Shown piece by piece: positions 32,611 through 38,904 of a DNA stretch of 38,904 nucleotides. The notes below the pieces were generated by a model. It was not told the DNA's origin. It searched no databases and worked only from the letters and a program-made list of their open reading frames with translations. A program made the translations under genes and the position numbers. Position 1 is the first letter of the stretch; each line of letters starts with the position of its first letter. Where the stretch lies: positions 6,973 to 45,876 of the forward strand of contig DAOMZC010000002.1 in the NCBI GenBank assembly GCA_035437965.1, given 5' to 3'. This DNA is from Pseudomonadota bacterium (GTDB taxonomy: Bacteria > Myxococcota_A > Polyangia > Palsa-1104 > JAEUJZ01).

Positions 32611-32625
32611 TGGCACGCGCTTTGC
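32611..32625 (+). promoter_or_regulatory. Sigma-54 promoter, perfect consensus (TGGCACG-N4-TTGCT)
   Basis: ctacTGGCACGcgctTTGCTcaaa. The -12 GC lies about 55 nt upstream of the ATG at 32680. Confidence 0.7.
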
Positions 32626-32679
32626 TCAAACCTGCAGCAGCAGGGTCACATCGACCGAACCCAGACAGACAGGTGGAAC

Positions 32680-33159
32680 ATGAGCTACGTCATCTACGCA
32701 CTATTCCAGGAACCAGGGATGGCCGAAGTTGCGCTGCAGGATCTCGCCCGGGCGCAGATTCCCGAGAAGGACTGCCACATCTTCGTTCATAAAAAGCAGC
32801 TCACGCAGGGCAATGACCTGCGCGCCTCGGAGTGTGATGGCCGGCAGGGGCTGGCGATCGGGATCGCGACCGGCATCGTGGCCGGCGCGCTGATGGGCTG
32901 GCTCATCGCCGGGCCGCTCCACCTGTGGGCGCTGCCGCTCGGCGCGGCGATGGGCCTGGGTATCTTCCTGGGCGTCATCTGCGGGGCGCTCGGCGGCGGA
33001 ATCTACGGGACCGGGCTGCTGCAGAGTAACCTCAAGCGGCTGTCCGATCGATTCCGTCCCGGACAGACTCTGATCACCGCCGAGATCGAGAGCCTGCAGT
33101 GCCGGGACATCGTCGATCAGATCTTCAAGAAGCACGGCGCGATCGAAGCGACGCGCTAA
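32680..33159 (+). CDS. Hypothetical membrane protein with glycine-zipper TM hairpin, 159 aa
   Basis: ATG at 32680 with aggtgg SD. GLAIGIATGIVAGALMGWLIAG and LGAAMGLGIFLGVICGALGGGIYG are flanked by soluble segments. The upstream part of ORF 32407..33159 is Arg/Ala-rich and contains the promoter. Confidence 0.65.
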   Translation: MSYVIYALFQEPGMAEVALQDLARAQIPEKDCHIFVHKKQLTQGNDLRASECDGRQGLAIGIATGIVAGALMGWLIAGPLHLWALPLGAAMGLGIFLGVICGALGGGIYGTGLLQSNLKRLSDRFRPGQTLITAEIESLQCRDIVDQIFKKHGAIEATR

Positions 33160-34562
33160 CCGGGCCTGGAGGTCGGCGGCTCTGAAGAGAACAGAGGCGA
33201 TGGCTCCGGGGGTCCGGCCGACAGGTGCAGGGCTACCCGGAGCCCGCCGCTGAACAAGGGATGGCTGCGGGCAAAGGGCCCGGCGGCGCGGGCGAGCCGT
33301 GCGTCGGTGGTGAGCACACCGAGGCGCCACCCGGGGGCGCTGCGCGCGAGGCGCCCGAGGTCGTGGTAAAGGCGCTGCGGTGTGCGCAGGCGGACTCCGT
33401 AGGGAGGGTTGGACAGGACGAGGCCGGGCGGACCCGCGGGAAGGCGGCTGTGGCTCAGGTCGGCCACCGACCAGGTGATGAGGGACTCGACCCCGGCGCG
33501 GGCGGCGTTGCGGCGGGCCGTAGCGATGGCAGCAGGATCGAGATCCGCGGCGTACAGGAGCCCGGAGCGGAGCGGGCGGGTGGCGGCGTCGGCCGCGGCC
33601 AGCAGCGCGGACCACACGGACGGCGCGAACGTCGGCCAGCTGTGGAACGCGAATGAGCGGTGGCGGCCCGGGGCACGGCGCGCGGCGAGCAAGGCCGCCT
33701 CGATGACCAGGGTGCCCGAGCCGCAGGTGGGGTCGAGGAGCGGCGTGCTGCCGTCCCATTCGCAGAGCGAAAGGAGCGCCGCGGCCAGCGTCTCACGCAG
33801 GGGCGCGCCGGCATCCTCGCTGCGGTAGCCGCGGCGGTGCAGGAGTTCGCCCGAGGTGTCCAGGCTGATGGTGAACAGGTCGTCGGCGCCGCGCGCGATG
33901 AGGTGAAGCTCGGGGGCGGCGCGCGACGAGTCGGCGGGCAGCACCGCGATGCCGCGGTCGGCGATCCCCAGGGCGATGCGCTCGGCGACGGCGCCGGAGT
34001 GATACAGGCGGCAGCGGTGGGCGGTGGCCGCGACGGTGACGCGCACCGGGGAGGGGGCGAAGCGCTCCCACGGGAGCTGGGCGATCTGCCGCCGCAGGCT
34101 GGCAAAGTGCAGGGCGCGCAGCTCGGCCAGGCGCAGCAGCACCCGCGAAGCGCTGCGTAGCCACAGGTTGGCGCGATAAAGGGTGGCCAGGTCGCCCGTG
34201 AACTCGACCCCACCGGGCACCGTCACCAGCTGCCGCGCGCCGGGCAGCGCCTGCAGCTCCGCCGCCACCACCGGCTCCAGCCCGGGCGTGGCGACGGCAA
34301 ACAGCCGCAGCTCGGGCGGCGCCGCGTTCCCTTCACGCACCGCGGCAGGCTGCTCACGGAGTCGCCTTGGCGGCGCACCAGTGCGGGCCCCACTCAGATC
34401 GGGGAGAGCCGAACGCACCGTGACCCGAGCGGCTGGCGCCGAGCGAGCCGCCGGCGGACCTGCTGGCGCAGTGGAGGGCGCTGGGGTCCTTTTGGGAGCG
34501 GACGCGGGCGGCTTGCTCGCAGCAGTACGGGCGGCGCGCGTATGCGGGCGCTTCAGGCGCAT
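33156..34562 (-). CDS. THUMP-domain class I SAM-dependent RNA methyltransferase (start codon uncertain)
   Basis: LFAVATPGLEPVVAAEL (THUMP-type N-terminus), SAM motif LLDPTCGSGTLVIEAA, catalytic NPPYG. The first ~95 residues of the ORF are Pro/Ala/Arg-rich, so the true start may be downstream (for example the GTG near 34340). Confidence 0.75.
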   Translation of the reverse strand: MRLKRPHTRAARTAASKPPASAPKRTPAPSTAPAGPPAARSAPAARVTVRSALPDLSGARTGAPPRRLREQPAAVREGNAAPPELRLFAVATPGLEPVVAAELQALPGARQLVTVPGGVEFTGDLATLYRANLWLRSASRVLLRLAELRALHFASLRRQIAQLPWERFAPSPVRVTVAATAHRCRLYHSGAVAERIALGIADRGIAVLPADSSRAAPELHLIARGADDLFTISLDTSGELLHRRGYRSEDAGAPLRETLAAALLSLCEWDGSTPLLDPTCGSGTLVIEAALLAARRAPGRHRSFAFHSWPTFAPSVWSALLAAADAATRPLRSGLLYAADLDPAAIATARRNAARAGVESLITWSVADLSHSRLPAGPPGLVLSNPPYGVRLRTPQRLYHDLGRLARSAPGWRLGVLTTDARLARAAGPFARSHPLFSGGLRVALHLSAGPPEPSPLFSSEPPTSRPG

Positions 34563-35737
34563 GACGGGGCGGAGTCCAGGACGTGGAAGAAGCGGTCCAG
34601 GTCCTCGTCGGTGTTGAAGGCATGCGGGGCCAGGCGGATGCCGCCGGCGCGGCGCGAGCAGGCGACCCGCTGGGCAAGCAGGTAGCCGGCCAGCTTGTCG
34701 ACCGCGGCGCCGCCCGCGGGAATGAACGTTACGATCGGCGAGCGCAGCCCGCCGCCCCGCGGCAACAGCAGCCGGTGCCCGCGCTCGCGCAGCCCCTGGC
34801 TCAGGCGGTCGGCGAGCTCCAGCGCCGCCGCGTGCACCCGCTCCAGGGACAGCGCCAGCAAGAGCTCGATCGCCGCCGCGCCGCCCAGGGCGCCGAGCAG
34901 CAGCGGCGAGCCCGGCTCGAACCGCCGCGCGTCGGCAAACGGCGAGCGCTGCGGATCGACCCGATCATCGGGCGTGCCGTAGGTCATCGCCCCGTGCAGG
35001 AGCGGCCGCAGCTCCGCCGCCCGCCCGGGAGCGAGCGCCAGAAAGGCGTGCCCGAGCGGCCCGCACAGCCACTTATGGGTGCCGCCGGCCACCGCGTCCA
35101 CCCCCAGGGACTGCAGGTCCATGGGGAACAGCCCCAGCGCCTGAATGGCATCGACGACCAGCCAGGCCCCGACGGCGCGGCAGGCCCGGCCGAGCGCCGC
35201 AAGATCGGTGACCGCCCCGGTCTGGTACTGCACCCACGACACCGCCACCGCGCGCGTGCGCGGCGTGATCGCCGCATGCAGCCGCTCCTGGACGAGCGAG
35301 AAGTCGGGCTCCGACTGCACCACCCGCACCACGGCGCCGGTCCGCCGCGCCGCCTCGTGCCAGGGGTAGGCGTTGCTCGGGTATTCCTGATCCCACAGCA
35401 CGAGCTCGTCCCCGGCGGCAAGGGGCAGCCCCAGCGCCACCTGCGACAGCGCCGCGGCGCAGGTGTGGAACATCGCGACGTCGGTCGGCCGGGCGCCGCA
35501 CAGGCGGGCGTAGACGGCGCGCGCGCGGCCGTAGTCGGCGAACAGCTCGTCGATGGCGAACCAGCCGCGGCCGAGGCCCTGGGCGGCCCGCTCGATGGCC
35601 TGCCGGGCCGGCCGGCACATCGGCGCGATGCCCGCCGTGTTCAGCAGCACCGCGCCTGCTTCCTGCTCGAACTCGGCGCGCAGCCGCGCCCGTAAGCCCG
35701 CCAAGTCCTGTGCGTCCCAGCGCTCGCCCTCGCTCAT
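34553..35737 (-). CDS. Class V (PLP-dependent) aminotransferase / cysteine-desulfurase-like protein, 394 aa
   Basis: Fold-type I pattern with GGTHKWLCGPLGHAFL (PLP-Lys in THKW). Length and layout are typical of aminotransferase class V. Confidence 0.75.
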   Translation of the reverse strand: MSEGERWDAQDLAGLRARLRAEFEQEAGAVLLNTAGIAPMCRPARQAIERAAQGLGRGWFAIDELFADYGRARAVYARLCGARPTDVAMFHTCAAALSQVALGLPLAAGDELVLWDQEYPSNAYPWHEAARRTGAVVRVVQSEPDFSLVQERLHAAITPRTRAVAVSWVQYQTGAVTDLAALGRACRAVGAWLVVDAIQALGLFPMDLQSLGVDAVAGGTHKWLCGPLGHAFLALAPGRAAELRPLLHGAMTYGTPDDRVDPQRSPFADARRFEPGSPLLLGALGGAAAIELLLALSLERVHAAALELADRLSQGLRERGHRLLLPRGGGLRSPIVTFIPAGGAAVDKLAGYLLAQRVACSRRAGGIRLAPHAFNTDEDLDRFFHVLDSAPSCA

Positions 35738-35768
35738 GGCGGGACATCCTAACCGCGCCGGCGGCGCC

Positions 35769-36590
35769 TTACTTCTTATTTAGCGGCAGGACGGCGGCGC
35801 CCAGGATGTGGCCGTCGGACTCCGACTGCACCAGCACGACCGCGCGCAGCGCCTCGGGCTTCCACCCGGCCTCCAGGCGCAGCGGGACCTGGGCGGTATA
35901 GCTGTCGCCGCGCAAGGTACCCAGCACCTTCATGGTGCGGACCACCGGCGCGTGGTGCAGCGTCTGGCCGGAGTTCTCGCCGCGCGTCACCTTGGTGCTA
36001 AGTCCGCTCTCGGTGATCGCCAGCAGCACCGCCGCCCCCTGGGGCTTGCTCGGCGCCGCGACCTGCACCGCCAGCCCGTCGCCCTGGCGCTTGAGCTGCA
36101 CCATCGCCTGATTGGGCCGCTTGGCCGACGTCGTCACCGCCGAAGCGGCGCCGCTGCGATTGGACCCCAGGACATCGATCTGCCCGTCGACCACCAGCTG
36201 CGGCGTATAGTTGCGGGTGCCCAGCCAGTTGGTGTAGCGCACCTGCCGCGCCGTGTACTCCGCCGACGAGAACGGGTCGCGCCACCCGAGGTAGTCCCAG
36301 TAGTCGACGTGCAGCTCCATCGCCACCACCGGCTGGCCGTCCACCGCCCCGGCGCTGTCGAGCTGCGCCAGCACCGCATCGGCCGACGGGCAGCTCGAAC
36401 ACCCCTCGGACGTGAAGAGCTCCAGCACCACCGGGGCGCGCGCCGGCTCGGCCGGCTTGACCTCGGCCGCGCTCGGACTCCCCAAGCCGAGCAGCGAAGA
36501 GGCGAGCACGAGCGCGCCCGTCACGCCGAGCGAGCCGGCCCCCGTCTCAAGATGGCGCCCAGCCTGCGAAGCCCTGTTGCGTATGGTCAT
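35769..36590 (-). CDS. DUF1223 thioredoxin-like secreted protein, 273 aa
   Basis: VVLELFTSEGCSSCPSADAVL and ELHVDYWDYLGWRDPF are hallmark DUF1223 motifs. An N-terminal signal-like segment is present. ATG at 36590 is preferred over TTG at 36626. Confidence 0.8.
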   Translation of the reverse strand: MTIRNRASQAGRHLETGAGSLGVTGALVLASSLLGLGSPSAAEVKPAEPARAPVVLELFTSEGCSSCPSADAVLAQLDSAGAVDGQPVVAMELHVDYWDYLGWRDPFSSAEYTARQVRYTNWLGTRNYTPQLVVDGQIDVLGSNRSGAASAVTTSAKRPNQAMVQLKRQGDGLAVQVAAPSKPQGAAVLLAITESGLSTKVTRGENSGQTLHHAPVVRTMKVLGTLRGDSYTAQVPLRLEAGWKPEALRAVVLVQSESDGHILGAAVLPLNKK

Positions 36591-36638
36591 TGGATGTCTT
36601 CCGATCTGATGGACATGGAGTTCCAAACTGACTGAAAT

Positions 36639-38903
36639 TCAGTAGCGCAGCGGCAGCCGGATGCCGGCCTGCAGCTTGAACCTGTTGATCGTGTCCTCGA
36701 GGAACGAAAAGCCCCGCTCGATGCGCTCGAGGCTGATCTGGCCGACGGTGAGGTCGGACATCTGGAGCTCGCCGAAGCCCCGGTAGTGGGCCGCCGCGTT
36801 GCCCAGGATGCCCCACTCGGCCAGGCCGCACATGCGCACGTACAGCCCGAAGCGCTTGCACAGCTGCACATCGAAGGTGCTGACGCCGAACTGGATGCGC
36901 ACGGTGTCCAAGCGTAGCTTCTGGCGCAGCGGGTCGGCAACCTGGTTGGTAAGTAGCTGACTGGTCACGAGCTTGGCGGCCGGGTCGCCGTACTCGATGG
37001 CGCGGGCGCTCGGGGCGCTGCTGATCGGCGAGGCGGGGGTGACCTGCGAGCGGCCGCCGCGCAGGGTGTCCGACAGGTCGCCGAGCACCAGGTAGCTGGC
37101 GCAGTCGGCGCTGCTGATCCCCTCGGAGGCCAGGCACTCGACCTTCAGCTCGCTGACCCGGCCGCGCAGCGCCAGCTCGATGTTGCGCTGCTGGTCGTTC
37201 TGGTCGAAGTCGCGGGTGCCGCCGCGCACGTCGACAAACGGCGTGTCCGGCCAGCGCGCCGACGAGATGAACTCGATCTTGCTGTCGCCCTTGACCTGGA
37301 ACTCGCCGCGCAGGCCGGGGACCCAGAACTGCCCGCCCTCGACGCGGATGACGCCGCCCATGGCGATGTCGACGAGCGGTCCGTTGACGGTGAAGCCGGT
37401 GGTCGCCAGGCGCAGGTCGGCGATGTTGTTGCGCACCCTGAAGGTGCCGCGGGTGCGCACGTTCAGGTTCAGCTCCAGCGCCGAGAGGAACGCGTCGCCG
37501 TCCCAGAAGGGCTTCTCTTCCTCGGTGACGCGGCGCGCCGAGAGGAAGCGGTCGGCGAGGTCGAAGTCCTGCAGGTAGCGGCCCGAGACCACCTCGATGT
37601 CGCCGATGAGGTGCATCTCGTCGCGGTTGCCGGTGAGCAGCAGGCCCGGCGAGGTCGCCTCGAAGTTGTACACGCCGCCGGCGCTGTGGCGCACGTTGTC
37701 GAGCTTGACGGTCAGGCGCACGCTGTCGAGCGCCTTGTGCCACTCGGGCTTGATGAAGCCGCCCAGGCCACTGTGCTCGATGCGCCCGTTGAGCGCGAGC
37801 TTGCCGTCGCCATCGACCAGGCCGACGAGCGGCTCGCCGCCCGGCTCGCCGGCGACGCGGCCGATGATGATGCGGCTCGGGGTGCCGCGGGTCGTCGAGT
37901 TCACAAAGCGCACGGTGCCGCGGGAAAACGACAGCTCGTGGAAGCGCCGCAGGTTGAGGAACACGTCCTTGGCGGTCAGCGTGCCTTCGACGATCGGCTC
38001 GGCGAAGCTGCCGCTCACCCGCAGGCCGGACAGCCCCAGGCTGCCGCGCGCCTCGGCGAGGTTGCGGGCGAACTTCCACTGGATGAGGCGGGCCGAGATC
38101 TCGCCGCGCAGCTGGAAGCTGATCTGGCCGGGCTGCACCGGGGTCCAGCTCTTGAGCTCCACCGTGCCGTCGGCGATCGTCTCGGCGCCGTCGACCACCA
38201 GCTTCAGGTTGTGCAGGCTCGCGCGGTCGGGGTAAAGCTCCAGCTGGCCGGTGGGGATGTCGAGCGGCGTATCGATGTCGTAGGGCACGAGGTGGGCGCC
38301 GCGCAGGTCGGCGTGGCCGCGCACCGCCAGCGCGCCCGCCGCGCCGGTGACGTGCACGTCGACGGTCGCCTCGCCGTGGGTGTGGCGGAAGGTGGCGCGC
38401 AGGAGGTGCTCCAGGAGCTCCAGGCGCAGCTGGCCGAGGATGTGGAGGTCGCTGCCGGCGGTGCCCAGCAGGCCCCGCAGCCGCACCTCGCCCGAGTCCT
38501 GGCTGGCGTGGCTGTCGGCGACCAGCGCCGCCGGCCCGTGCCCATCGCCGGGTCCGAGCTGGACCGGGGCGTTGGCGCGCTCGCCGACCTGGCGCTGGCT
38601 GTGGAAGTGGGCCTGGCCGACCTCGAGCTCGTGCCCGTCGGTGCACAGCAGCACGTCGCCTTCGTTGTAGGCCAGGTAGCGCTGGTCCTCGCCGTCGTCG
38701 CTGACGGTGCGGATGGTGAACAGCGCCCGCGACAGCCGCAGGGTCGCCGACAGCGGCAGCGCGGAGTCGGGGGCGCGCTCGGCGAGCTTGGGGCAGGCCG
38801 GGCCGCGGCCGCCGGTGGCCGTCGCCAGGGCGGGCGGCAGCGGCTGGAATAGGCCCCGCGGGTCCTCGCCGAAGCGGATGCGCAGCTTGCCGCCGCTCTG
38901 CAC
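36639..38903 (-). CDS. tamB: TamB/AsmA-family translocation-and-assembly module protein, C-terminal 754 aa (5' end outside window)
   Basis: The ORF is open to the window edge. Repetitive beta-rich sequence (VDVHVTGAAGALAVRGHADLRGAHL...) and a DUF490-like C-terminus ending ...RFKLQAGIRLPLRY. Confidence 0.65.
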   Translation of the reverse strand: MQSGGKLRIRFGEDPRGLFQPLPPALATATGGRGPACPKLAERAPDSALPLSATLRLSRALFTIRTVSDDGEDQRYLAYNEGDVLLCTDGHELEVGQAHFHSQRQVGERANAPVQLGPGDGHGPAALVADSHASQDSGEVRLRGLLGTAGSDLHILGQLRLELLEHLLRATFRHTHGEATVDVHVTGAAGALAVRGHADLRGAHLVPYDIDTPLDIPTGQLELYPDRASLHNLKLVVDGAETIADGTVELKSWTPVQPGQISFQLRGEISARLIQWKFARNLAEARGSLGLSGLRVSGSFAEPIVEGTLTAKDVFLNLRRFHELSFSRGTVRFVNSTTRGTPSRIIIGRVAGEPGGEPLVGLVDGDGKLALNGRIEHSGLGGFIKPEWHKALDSVRLTVKLDNVRHSAGGVYNFEATSPGLLLTGNRDEMHLIGDIEVVSGRYLQDFDLADRFLSARRVTEEEKPFWDGDAFLSALELNLNVRTRGTFRVRNNIADLRLATTGFTVNGPLVDIAMGGVIRVEGGQFWVPGLRGEFQVKGDSKIEFISSARWPDTPFVDVRGGTRDFDQNDQQRNIELALRGRVSELKVECLASEGISSADCASYLVLGDLSDTLRGGRSQVTPASPISSAPSARAIEYGDPAAKLVTSQLLTNQVADPLRQKLRLDTVRIQFGVSTFDVQLCKRFGLYVRMCGLAEWGILGNAAAHYRGFGELQMSDLTVGQISLERIERGFSFLEDTINRFKLQAGIRLPLRY

Positions 38904-38904
38904 C

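Overview
High-GC (by eye about two-thirds or more G+C), gene-dense bacterial chromosomal window with strong Shine-Dalgarno usage. The many lipoproteins, low-complexity Ala/Pro tails and several sigma-54 type promoters suggest a Myxococcota-like host; this is inference only. Nearly every real gene carries a long spurious Arg/Ala/Gly/Pro-rich ORF on the opposite strand. Contents, left to right: (1) a 55-bp direct repeat, then a thioredoxin-fold gene. (2) On the minus strand, a complete Pel exopolysaccharide operon pelABCDEFG (about 15335 down to 2485), followed by three small genes including a YqjE/DUF1469-like membrane protein. (3) Divergent from pelA: glmS carrying an unusual low-complexity insertion, a PelX-like SDR sugar-nucleotide epimerase, and a lipoprotein with a GH114 endo-alpha-1,4-polygalactosaminidase domain. 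(4) An orphan 204-aa gene, then the most unusual element. A sigma-54 type promoter precedes a 340-aa orphan protein that is translationally coupled (ATGA overlap) to a 1,832-aa protein. That protein has an N-terminal Hsp90/MutL-type GHKL ATPase head and a second, degenerate copy of the module. It runs without a terminator into ElaB/DUF883-like, UPF0391/YtjA-like and alpha/beta-hydrolase genes and ends at a strong bidirectional terminator. (5) A small-protein island (Cys-rich lipoprotein, OmpA-like lipoprotein, LEA-like 11-mer repeat protein, coiled-coil lipoprotein, glycine-zipper membrane protein) served by four further sigma-54 -24/-12 matches arranged as two divergent pairs. (6) Ordinary genes: THUMP methyltransferase, class V aminotransferase, DUF1223, and a 5'-truncated TamB-like protein. 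I found no rRNA, tRNA, CRISPR array, transposase or integrase. All functional calls rest on motif recognition by eye, with no database search.
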